Shown piece after piece: positions 16,750 to 25,295 of a DNA stretch of 32,000 nucleotides. The notes beneath the pieces are model-generated. The model was given only the letters and a program-made list of their open reading frames with translations. It did no database searches and was not told the DNA's origin. This stretch comes from Promethearchaeum syntrophicum (GTDB lineage: Archaea; Asgardarchaeota; Lokiarchaeia; Sigyniarchaeales; Promethearchaeaceae). The position numbers and the translations under genes are program-made. The stretch is taken from NCBI RefSeq assembly GCF_008000775.2, contig NZ_CP042905.2:1650001-1682000 (forward strand), read 5' to 3'. Numbering within the stretch: position 1 is the first letter of the stretch; each line of letters opens with the position of its first letter.

Positions 16750-17586
16750 ATGTCAGAAAGAAAAACTTTTGAAAAAGGGTTAGCACTGTATTCAAAAGGA
16801 AAATTTGAAGAAGCCTTGATACACTTTGAATCGTTAACAGATCCCTCCTTTGAAATTATGAAACATTATCACATAGGGTTAGTAAAAATTCAAATGGGGT
16901 TATTGGAAGACGGATTAAAGGAGTATAGAAAAATTCATGAAGTAAATCGGGTGAATCAAGGTGTTGAATATGATAAATTCATGTTTAGCCTATATATTAA
17001 TATGGGTTCAACACTACAGGTATTAGCGAAGAAAAAGGGAAAAGAACTATATAATGAAGCCATTTCCTGCTATAATTATGCTCTTCAAATTGAAGATGAT
17101 GATGCTCGCGTGTGGAACAATTTAGGGAATGCTTATCTTGAAATTGAAAAATATCTCGACGCTATAAAAAGTTTTCGTAAAGCAATAGAGCTAGATGATG
17201 AATATCCTGAAGCTCATTATTCGATTTCGTTAGTTTATGAATCAATGGGCAACTTTGAGAAGGCAATTGAACATTTGGAAACAGCGTTGAAATGGAAAAG
17301 CCAAAATAAAATAATTCTCAATCGATTGGCAGGTTTATGTTTTGGAACAGGAGATTTTAGTAAAGCAAAGCGTTATCTGGCGTTAATTTTAAGCAATGAT
17401 CCTAAAGATCCTGCTTCAAATAAAAATATGGCACTGATTCTATACAACATGGAACAATATGAAGAGGCATACCCATATTACCAAATTTTTCTCGATTCCG
17501 ATCCTGATTTTCAAGATCCCGAAGTTCAAGGGATTTTTGATGATTTAAAAAATAAAGTGAACAAACAAATCAATAATCTCAAATAA
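16750..17586 (+). CDS. TPR repeat protein
   Basis: 278 aa with repeated TPR consensus units (e.g. WNNLGNAYLEIEKYLDAIKSFRKAIELDDEYPEAHYSISLVYESMGNFEKAIEHLETAL). Confidence 0.8.
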   Translation: MSERKTFEKGLALYSKGKFEEALIHFESLTDPSFEIMKHYHIGLVKIQMGLLEDGLKEYRKIHEVNRVNQGVEYDKFMFSLYINMGSTLQVLAKKKGKELYNEAISCYNYALQIEDDDARVWNNLGNAYLEIEKYLDAIKSFRKAIELDDEYPEAHYSISLVYESMGNFEKAIEHLETALKWKSQNKIILNRLAGLCFGTGDFSKAKRYLALILSNDPKDPASNKNMALILYNMEQYEEAYPYYQIFLDSDPDFQDPEVQGIFDDLKNKVNKQINNLK

Positions 17587-17607
17587 TAGGAATTTTAATT
17601 TTACTTA

Positions 17608-18699
17608 ATGGAATTTGATCTTCATGATGAAACTCTGGTAGATAAAAAAATTAAAAAATATCTAAATTCGCGTAAATTTTTTCTACTAAAAAGTCGTAAA
17701 TTCTTCCGAAAACGCGGAAGTGATTTAGCTAATGAAGAAGAAAAATTCCTACGTATCCGAAAAGTGAAAGAATTAGCTTTTGGCTTAAATAATGTTGTGT
17801 ATAATCTAAATGTTGAATTTAAATTAAAAAATAAGATATTTGATAATCGGGATTACATACTTAGGATATATCCTGATAATAATAACATAAAAAAGCCATC
17901 TAACGAAGCGAAAAGAATCAAAGATATTCAAAGCTTAAGGATCCCAAAAGCAAAACTCTATTTTTTTGAAAAAAATCTTAAACATTTGGGTTATCGTTTC
18001 TTAATCTTAGAAAAATTAGAAGGAACCCCAATTTTAGAATCAATAGCAAATTTTTCAGGTACCGAAACTCAAGAATTTTTAGCGGATTTAGCTAGATATC
18101 TGGGAACACTTCACTCAATTAGATCTAAAATGTTTGATTCGTATTACCTTGATGATAAACTTACCCGAAAGATGACGTACGCCTCTTATATACTTAATGA
18201 AGTAAAATTAACCCTCAAAAACTTCTCAGATTTGAAATTAGATTCAGAACTTAGCGTTGATACCAGATATTTATATAAATGGTGTCGTGGTCATAATCCA
18301 TTGTTAAATTTAGAAGAGTATTCACTTACTCATGGAGATATACGCCCTAGCAATATTATTGTAAAAAATCATAAAATAAAAGGTTTGATTGATTGGGAAA
18401 TGAGTTGTTATTCTGACCCAGCTCAAGATATTGGATGGAGTTTATACTTCTTTACACTTTATGAAAATTTAAAGGGTTCTCGGGGTTTTTTCTTTTCAGA
18501 ATATTGGAAAGCGTGTCAAAAATATGACGTAGAAGCAAGAGTTTACTTCTATGAAGTGATTGTTGCCCTTAAATTATACATATATGCTCGATGGACTGAG
18601 ATTAATCAACCAGAGAAATATGAGAAGAATAAAGATTTTTTTTCACGAGTGAAAATTGCAACACCGAAATATATCGAAAGATTGACACACCGCGACTAA
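17608..18699 (+). CDS. Phosphotransferase of the APH/choline-kinase (eukaryotic-like kinase) fold
   Basis: 363 aa. Brenner motif LTHGDIRPSNIIV followed by GLIDWEMSCYSDPAQDIG (metal-binding D-x-E region). It lies 21 nt downstream of the TPR gene. Confidence 0.7.
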   Translation: MEFDLHDETLVDKKIKKYLNSRKFFLLKSRKFFRKRGSDLANEEEKFLRIRKVKELAFGLNNVVYNLNVEFKLKNKIFDNRDYILRIYPDNNNIKKPSNEAKRIKDIQSLRIPKAKLYFFEKNLKHLGYRFLILEKLEGTPILESIANFSGTETQEFLADLARYLGTLHSIRSKMFDSYYLDDKLTRKMTYASYILNEVKLTLKNFSDLKLDSELSVDTRYLYKWCRGHNPLLNLEEYSLTHGDIRPSNIIVKNHKIKGLIDWEMSCYSDPAQDIGWSLYFFTLYENLKGSRGFFFSEYWKACQKYDVEARVYFYEVIVALKLYIYARWTEINQPEKYEKNKDFFSRVKIATPKYIERLTHRD

Positions 18700-18716
18700 A
18701 CATACGATGATGAATT

Positions 18717-19127
18717 ATGCCAAAACCTGATTTATCCCAATTTAATTTTAACGAATTGATTGATATTGTAAAAACTATTAGCAGGACCAAAAAAAAATCC
18801 AGTGAAGGTATGTGGAAAAATGGGTATGGTTTACAATCTATGGATAGTTTAGAAGCTAATATAGATGATGTTTTAGATGAGATCATTTATCGTGTTAAAG
18901 AACAGTGGTCAAGATTTGAAATTGAAAGGAATTTTAGCAATTTAGCGTTACCTCATGAAATTCTGAATTTATTTAACATAACAACTGCAGAATTAAATAA
19001 AAAACTCTTCAAAAATCCTCCAACCATTGGAAGCGAGATCTTGGATGGAAAAAAAGATGAAATTTGGTTTAAAATTGGAACTTCTAAATATATAATGCGA
19101 AATAACGGGAATATTGAAATTATATAA
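18717..19127 (+). CDS. Hypothetical protein
   Basis: 136 aa ORF with an ATG start, in line with the upstream genes. No motif recognised. Confidence 0.45.
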   Translation: MPKPDLSQFNFNELIDIVKTISRTKKKSSEGMWKNGYGLQSMDSLEANIDDVLDEIIYRVKEQWSRFEIERNFSNLALPHEILNLFNITTAELNKKLFKNPPTIGSEILDGKKDEIWFKIGTSKYIMRNNGNIEII

Positions 19128-19129
19128 AT

Positions 19130-19930
19130 TTATTTTCCTAACTTGACAGCTGCTTCTATTATTGGTTTCAATTTTTCTGCTGAAAGTGATGCTCCGCCAA
19201 TCAACCCTCCATTTATTTCTCCTATATTTAATAAACCTTCACAATTACTGGCTTTCATGGAACCACCATATTGAATGAGGATATTTTTCCCTTCATCTCC
19301 AAACTTGTTAATCAATAATTTTCGGATGAAAATATGATTTTTTTCGGCTTCCTCAGGTGTAGCGGTCTTTATTTCTGAATTTGGATTTAGAAATTTGTTA
19401 TTGATTGCCCATACTGGTTCATATGCAATTGTTATTAGATTTAATTGTTCTCGAGGTATATCTGCCATTGATTCATCAATTTGAGTTCTAAGGACGGTTT
19501 CCGTGTGTCCTTCTTCCTTTTCTTTTGCAGTCTCTCCTATACATAAGACAGGTTTCAAGCCTTTTTCTAAGGCTTTTTTTACTTTCTGATTTATTACAGC
19601 ATCAGATTCTCCAAAAATTCTCCTCCTCTCACTATGACCCAAAATAACATATTCACAACCCGCATCTAAAAGTGAATCTGGTGAAATTTCACCTGTAAAA
19701 GCTCCTTTGTCTCGAAAATACATGTTTTGGCCTGCAAGTTTCAATTTGGTGCCTTTGATAGCTTGACCTACTGAATACAGTGCATTGAAAGAAGGAGCTA
19801 TAAAAACATCAACAGTTTCTGTAAGAATTCCGGATATAGTTGTTGCCAATTCTGTGGCTATGGAAACTGCTTCTTCTACATTGAGAATTTGCATTTTCCA
19901 ATTTCCACCTATGATAAATTTTTTTCTCAT
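19130..19930 (-). CDS. tpiA: Triosephosphate isomerase, bacterial/eukaryotic-type, with atypical loop 6
   Basis: All TPI signatures are present: GGNWKM (Asn/Lys), GHSERR (His), AYEPVWAI (Glu), QYGGS, GGASL. The start is set at MRKKFIIGGNWKM (ATG 19930) rather than the track's 19996. The loop-6 sequence is WAINNKFLNPNSEIKTATP instead of WAIGTGKtATP. Confidence 0.9.
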   Translation of the reverse strand: MRKKFIIGGNWKMQILNVEEAVSIATELATTISGILTETVDVFIAPSFNALYSVGQAIKGTKLKLAGQNMYFRDKGAFTGEISPDSLLDAGCEYVILGHSERRRIFGESDAVINQKVKKALEKGLKPVLCIGETAKEKEEGHTETVLRTQIDESMADIPREQLNLITIAYEPVWAINNKFLNPNSEIKTATPEEAEKNHIFIRKLLINKFGDEGKNILIQYGGSMKASNCEGLLNIGEINGGLIGGASLSAEKLKPIIEAAVKLGK

Positions 19931-19946
19931 ACATCTATTAAGAATT

Positions 19947-20604
19947 TTATTTTGAAAAGTATTTGTGAATTTCTTTTCGATAGAATTTAAAATCAAAATT
20001 TAAATTGTTTTTGCTTGGAATTATTTCTAATTTTGCCCGAGAATGCTGAATAGGACCTCGTGGTTCTTGCCAAGTAAGTTGTATGAAATTTTCTTCATGG
20101 ATATTGAATGTAGATCCATAGGAATATTTAGTGAAAACTTTTGATACAGTATCTTTATTTTTCGTTTTAATAACTATGCAATTACTTGTTTCGTTAAATA
20201 ATCGTGTTTGATTTCTCCAATCAGTAACGGAAAAGAAAACTCCAAAATCAGCATGAGAATGTCCCAATCCCAAAACCTCTAAATTCGACTCCTTGATTTT
20301 TGATTTTAATTTTAAAATATTCTTTCCTTCTCCTTCAACAAAAGCATGAGATACATGCTGATAGGGAATAATTATATCTTGGATAAATTTATCTCCTAAA
20401 AATAACCAATATGAATCTACTACATGATTTAATGCTTCAAAGGCTGATTTTACAATCCATTTTACTTTTTTATAAGCAAATTCTGAAATTTTTTTGAGAA
20501 ATTAGATTTTCTAAACCAATTTCTCGATATTTATATTTTTATTGTCGGTTTAAAATTTTATGTTGGGAATTAAAGAGATCTTCAAATGAGGGTGCAATTT
20601 TCAT
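19947..20604 (-). pseudogene. JAB/MPN (JAMM-motif) metalloprotease-like gene, apparently disrupted at its 5' end
   Basis: The tracked ORF (19947..20273) begins at an internal TTG, but the frame stays open up to 20501 with no ATG/GTG/TTG. It reads ..KSAFEALNHVVDSYWLFLGDKFIQDIIIPYQHVSHAFVEGEG..LEVLGLGHSHADFGVFFSVTD, an exact JAMM H-x-H-x7-S-x2-D. A plausible N-terminus (ATG 20604, MKIAPSFEDLFNSQHKILNRQ) hits an in-frame TAA at 20539..20541. It is also offset by one base from the JAMM frame, with the shift resolvable in a T7/A7 homopolymer at 20489..20495. Confidence 0.55.
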
Positions 20605-20763
20605 TTCTATATATGTTCTGTGAATGTTAGATTAAAAAAAAATTAAGGATCACTTTTTAATAGATAATTTCTATTAAAGCTTAAAAATTAAGAAAGAAAA
20701 CACTTAAATAATATATCTAACAAAATTATTGAATATCCTTCAAAAAGGAGTCTTCGTTTAAAA

Positions 20764-23418
20764 ATGCTGAAAAATATCAATGGAGATTTAGCGGAATTAT
20801 TAAATTTTAAGGAAGAATATACATTCTTAGCTGGAGCGGGAGTTTCTATGGATTCTCCTTCAAATTTACCTTCAGCATTTGACATTTTAAAAAATTTAAT
20901 TTCAATTTATGGACCAGAAGAGGAATATAATAACCTAATTTCAATAAAAGATCTAAAATTCGAATCAATAATTGATCATATTAATCGTAGTTATGATGAA
21001 AATGTTGTATTTTTAGATTATTTTAATTTACAACATCACCCTAATTTTAATCATTTTTTTTTAGCTCGAGCAATTTTAAAGAATCACTATGTAATAACGA
21101 CCAATTTTGATTATATGATTGAATATGCTTTGTTAAATCTTCTTGAAGATAATAAAATCAGAAAAGAAATGATTAAAGTCATCATCACTCCATCAGATTA
21201 CAAAAATCTAAAATTACTAGAAAGTAATTTGAAAAACGAAAATTATTTTTTACTCAAAATTCATGGATCAAAACAAGATATTATTGGAAATAGAATTACT
21301 AAAGGGAGTCTAAAAGTTACAGAATCTCAGTTAGGAAAAGGATTGGAAAAAAAAGAGACTTTTGGTATTGAAAGTTTCAAAAAAGAAGTAATAAATAATA
21401 TGTTTGAAGGGAGAATACTTTTTATATTAGGATATTCTGCTAGCGATGATTTTGATATATCGCCTGTTCTTCAAGAAGCAAATAATCTCAAAGCTTTAAT
21501 TTGGATTGAACACTCTAGGGAGAACAAAATTGAAATCTTAAAAATTGTAGGTGAGCAGTATTTTAATGAGTTAAAGGTTAATTCAAATTCTTTAACACTT
21601 CTTCAAAATATGAGCAAAACACATAAATTTCCCATATATTATATTAAAACAAATACTGCTGATTTTTTATTCCAATATTTATCCAAAGATGTTCTTAACA
21701 CGTTCCCAGAGTATCTCAATGAGCACATCATACCATTTTCTAAAGAAATTCCAGAATATAATAATTGGTTACAGAATAATATAAATTTTAAAAATGTAAC
21801 AGATCACGAAAAATGGCTATTTGCATGGAAATTTTATTATATGAGCGGAGATCTCGAAAATCAGCAGCGATGTTTAAACAAAGCATACAATTTTGTCATT
21901 GAAACCACCGATGAAGAAAAAAAATCGACTATCTTAAACAATTTAGGGTATATTTACTATAAAAAAGGCAATTTTAATAAAGCCGTAGAATATTTCAAAA
22001 ATTCTATTAAAATAGATGAGAATTTGAATAAATTTGGAAAAACTGCAGCAGCTTATATTAATCTCGGAAACATATATTTAAAAAAACATCAATATAAAGA
22101 ATCGATTTTTAATTATAAAAAAATTATTGAATATTCAGCAAAAAGCAAAATCTCCTCAGAATATTTGTCTACAGCTTATAATAATATAGGATCTGCCTAC
22201 GACGCCCTAAATGAAAAAAAAAAGGCATCTGAATATTATGAAAAAGCCCTTAGTATTGATGAAAAACATGGAAATATTAGCAGTAAAGCAGCAATATTGA
22301 ATAATATTGGAGAATCCTATAGAGAAAAAGGAGATTTCCAAACTGCATTAAAATATTTTAATGATTCATTAAAGATCAGAGAATCTATGGGAACACAACA
22401 TGAAATGGCAACAGTTTTAAATAATATTGCTTATATTAAATCCTCTCTAGGAGAATATAAAGAAGCATTAGAGTTTTATACTAAAGCTCTAAGAATTGAT
22501 GAGAAATACAATGATATTGAAGGTAAATTATTGCGATTAAATAATATCGGAAGAACTTATATTAAAATGAAGGATTTTAATAAAGCAAATGATCATTTAT
22601 TAAAATCTTTAGCTTATTCTGAACAAATTAATAGAAAGGATTGGGTTTATAGTTATTATTTATCTTTAGGGGTGTCGTTTCAAGAAAAATGGCTTCAAAA
22701 TAAATTAGATCAACAATCTATCACAAAAGCTATTGAGTACAAGAAAAAAAGTTTAGAAATTGCTCGAATGATCAATGATATGAATGATATTGCTTTAAGT
22801 CTATCAGAATTAGGGAAAATTTATGAACTGTCGCATACTTATGAAGAAGCTTTATTAAATTATAAAGAATCGATTGAAATCTTTGAAAAACTTAATTCTA
22901 ATTATGATATTGCGATAGTCTCTAATCAGATGGGACAAATTTATTTAGCCCAAAACAACATTGATATGGCCATTCCTAAAATTCAAAGAGCCCTGAAATT
23001 GGATGAGAATCAAAGAAATCATATGTATTATTGTGATAATTTAGGGACTTGCTATTATAAAAAAAAAGATTTTAATAAATCCATAGAATATCATTCTAAG
23101 GCAGTTGAATTAACGAAACTGTATCACGATACTTACAAAGAAGCAGAATATTTATTGAATTTATCTAAAGCATATGGACATCTAAAAAATATAAACAAGG
23201 CAATAGAACTTATTAATCAAGCTAAATATTTAGATAAAAGCGATTTAATTCAAGCAAGAAGTAATCAATGGCTAGGAGCATATCTTAAAAATTTCAAAAA
23301 AGATTTTATTAATGCAAAAAAATACTATACCACTGCTTTGAACATATATACAAAATTGGATACCAAAGAATATGAAGATTTAATAAATTGGATAAAAAAG
23401 GAACTTAGTCAAATGTAA
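20764..23418 (+). CDS. SIR2-like (SIR2_2/ThsA-type NADase fold) N-terminal domain fused to a long TPR array
   Basis: 884 aa. The N-terminal ~250 aa carry FLAGAGVSMDSPSNLPSAF, TTNFDYMIE (Asn114), LKIHGS (His167) and LGYSASDDFDI, the pattern of SIR2-like domain proteins found in prokaryotic conflict systems. The C-terminal ~500 aa are repeated TPR units (LNNLGYIYYKKGNFNKAVEYFKNSIKIDE etc.). There is no P-loop. Confidence 0.8.
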   Translation: MLKNINGDLAELLNFKEEYTFLAGAGVSMDSPSNLPSAFDILKNLISIYGPEEEYNNLISIKDLKFESIIDHINRSYDENVVFLDYFNLQHHPNFNHFFLARAILKNHYVITTNFDYMIEYALLNLLEDNKIRKEMIKVIITPSDYKNLKLLESNLKNENYFLLKIHGSKQDIIGNRITKGSLKVTESQLGKGLEKKETFGIESFKKEVINNMFEGRILFILGYSASDDFDISPVLQEANNLKALIWIEHSRENKIEILKIVGEQYFNELKVNSNSLTLLQNMSKTHKFPIYYIKTNTADFLFQYLSKDVLNTFPEYLNEHIIPFSKEIPEYNNWLQNNINFKNVTDHEKWLFAWKFYYMSGDLENQQRCLNKAYNFVIETTDEEKKSTILNNLGYIYYKKGNFNKAVEYFKNSIKIDENLNKFGKTAAAYINLGNIYLKKHQYKESIFNYKKIIEYSAKSKISSEYLSTAYNNIGSAYDALNEKKKASEYYEKALSIDEKHGNISSKAAILNNIGESYREKGDFQTALKYFNDSLKIRESMGTQHEMATVLNNIAYIKSSLGEYKEALEFYTKALRIDEKYNDIEGKLLRLNNIGRTYIKMKDFNKANDHLLKSLAYSEQINRKDWVYSYYLSLGVSFQEKWLQNKLDQQSITKAIEYKKKSLEIARMINDMNDIALSLSELGKIYELSHTYEEALLNYKESIEIFEKLNSNYDIAIVSNQMGQIYLAQNNIDMAIPKIQRALKLDENQRNHMYYCDNLGTCYYKKKDFNKSIEYHSKAVELTKLYHDTYKEAEYLLNLSKAYGHLKNINKAIELINQAKYLDKSDLIQARSNQWLGAYLKNFKKDFINAKKYYTTALNIYTKLDTKEYEDLINWIKKELSQM

Positions 23419-23483
23419 TTATGAAAGGTTATTGAGAAAACCAATTAAAAAATAATCAAAATAACTCCAAATTTCACCTGATT

Positions 23484-24257
23484 TTATTTATAATAATTTT
23501 TTACAACAGGCTCTAATGCAGTAATTAAAGGAATCGCAATAAAAATTCCCGAAAGTACTTGCAAAATATTAAGAGGGATTTCAATTACAGCCGCATTTAA
23601 TGGATTAGAAAAATATCCGGGCGAGATTAAATTTAATATTAAAGACTCATAAAGGAAATACCCCAAAACCATAGCCATACCTCCTGCCATCATTGAGAGT
23701 ATCTTTACACTGATATTTTTTTGGACTGTAAGTCCCAAAATCCAGATGATAACTGCTAAGATTACTCCCAGTATGATAATTGGAAAGACGCCATCTGCAA
23801 AAATTGCCATTAATCCGCCTGCTACTACCCCAAGAATAATTGTAAAGATTCTCCAATTATTCTTTAAATTTTCATTAGACTGGAGATATTTAAACACTAA
23901 GCCTACAATAAATCCTTCTGCTCCCTTCGCAATAAAAGTTCCCGGGGCAAAAATTGCATAAGGTCCTAAAATATCGGCAAAAGCAGCTCCAACACCACCA
24001 ACAAATGCCCCGATATAAGGACCAAATAATACAGCTGTAAAATAGATTAAACCTTCACCGACATTGAAATATCCTGTTGTTGCGGGAATTGGAATAGATA
24101 CCGTAGTTGTTAATATGGTTTCTAAAGCAGTTAATATGCCCATAATAGCAATATTTAATATGACAGTGCGTCTTTTGTTATCTGGAACATCTCTTTCCAC
24201 CTTTAAAGCGATATTAGGTTGAACATTTTCAATTTCCATAATTTTCACCATATTCAA
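23484..24257 (-). CDS. Polytopic membrane protein, ECF-transporter S-component-like
   Basis: 257 aa with about 6 TM segments. ALETILTTTVSIPIPATTGYFNVGEGLIYFTAVLFGPYIGAFVGGVGAAFADILG resembles the substrate-binding S components of ECF transporters. No adjacent A/T components are seen. Confidence 0.55.
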   Translation of the reverse strand: MNMVKIMEIENVQPNIALKVERDVPDNKRRTVILNIAIMGILTALETILTTTVSIPIPATTGYFNVGEGLIYFTAVLFGPYIGAFVGGVGAAFADILGPYAIFAPGTFIAKGAEGFIVGLVFKYLQSNENLKNNWRIFTIILGVVAGGLMAIFADGVFPIIILGVILAVIIWILGLTVQKNISVKILSMMAGGMAMVLGYFLYESLILNLISPGYFSNPLNAAVIEIPLNILQVLSGIFIAIPLITALEPVVKNYYK

Positions 24258-24375
24258 AATGAAACTTTAGTATTCAAATATTCAAAAGGTAACTTTAATA
24301 TTAAAATTTTAGGGATTTTTTTTTGAGTTAGAGATTAATACTTTTATTATTAGTTAAAAATTAGTGGTGAAATAA

Positions 24376-25287
24376 ATGGCTAGAAAAATTTTTATTAAGA
24401 AAGAAACAGGAACCTTTTCTAGCGAAAAATTGGTTAGTTGGCTTGCAAAAACGGAAAAAAGAATATCTAATGTGCAATATGGAAAAGATTTTGAAAATTT
24501 AAAGCTTGTAATCATAAAATTACTTTCTAAAATTAAAAAAGAACCACATTTAGCTGGGTTTGAACCCCGGTTAGTTTTATTATTAAAAGATTGCAATTTA
24601 AATATTCAATTTATCAGACGTAACGATGATTGTTGGAGCTTAGTCAAAGAGGGCCGTTTTAATGAAGCTCTTGAAGAAATTATTCAGACTCTTAAAGATA
24701 TCAATTCCCATCCCGATAAAGATTTAATTCGGCCTGATATTAAGGGGATAATTGTAGATTCAGTAAAAAAAATTTCAGAACAGGTTGATTCTGAGGTAAA
24801 AATTCTACCACAACTTAATCTTCCAAAATCAAATATTAAAACCCTTAACCCTTTAAGTTCACCAAAATCTCCCTCTCAATCAATACAAACAACTGGCAAT
24901 ACTTTCAAGCCAGATATTGAAAAATTTCATCCTTTTGATATATCTGCTCCAATTGAAAATCCATTTAAATTTATAGATGATGAAAAAATACCTCAAAAGG
25001 TAAGAGATGTAAATTCTGAAACTTATTTTAAATCGAAACATTTAAACCACAAAGATAGTAAAATTGAACCTTATTTAGATCCTTTTCCGAAACCTAATCA
25101 ATCCCAGGATTTATCAAAAGATCAATTGAATTCTATTAGTGAATATTGGTTAAAAAAAGGGAAGAATAAAATAATGCAACATAAGAATTCCACTGATATT
25201 GTAACTCAAAAAATTGCTCAATCAAATCAAGATGATTTCAATTTAGAAAAGAAAAAAAAAACTAATAATCCATGGCCAGCTAAATGA
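24376..25287 (+). CDS. Hypothetical protein with low-complexity P/S/Q/K-rich C-terminal half
   Basis: 303 aa ORF with an ATG start and a TGA stop. No motif recognised. Confidence 0.4.
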   Translation: MARKIFIKKETGTFSSEKLVSWLAKTEKRISNVQYGKDFENLKLVIIKLLSKIKKEPHLAGFEPRLVLLLKDCNLNIQFIRRNDDCWSLVKEGRFNEALEEIIQTLKDINSHPDKDLIRPDIKGIIVDSVKKISEQVDSEVKILPQLNLPKSNIKTLNPLSSPKSPSQSIQTTGNTFKPDIEKFHPFDISAPIENPFKFIDDEKIPQKVRDVNSETYFKSKHLNHKDSKIEPYLDPFPKPNQSQDLSKDQLNSISEYWLKKGKNKIMQHKNSTDIVTQKIAQSNQDDFNLEKKKKTNNPWPAK

Positions 25288-25295
25288 GAAAATAA

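Noticed and set aside
19931-19996. 22-codon N-terminal extension of the TPI ORF (MILNSIEKKFTNTFQNKILNRC).
   Set aside because: TPI families begin a few residues before the GNWK motif. The internal ATG at 19930 (MRKKFIIGGNWKM) gives the canonical N-terminus and removes the overlap with the JAB-like frame.
20505-20763. Non-coding, very AT-rich stretch between the JAB remnant and the SIR2-TPR gene, as a possible mobile-element end or integration scar.
   Set aside because: No terminal inverted or direct repeats, transposase or integrase were found. Most of it is explained by the decayed 5' end of the JAB-like gene plus the promoter and SD (AAGGAG at ~20746) of the SIR2-TPR gene.
24554-24570. tRNA T-arm-like hairpin CTGGG-TTTGAAC-CCCGG, which could mark a tRNA fragment or attachment site bordering an island containing the SIR2-TPR gene.
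   Set aside because: The flanks are AT-rich, with no acceptor, D or anticodon arms. It lies inside a 303-aa ORF. No integrase and no second copy of the sequence is visible in the window.
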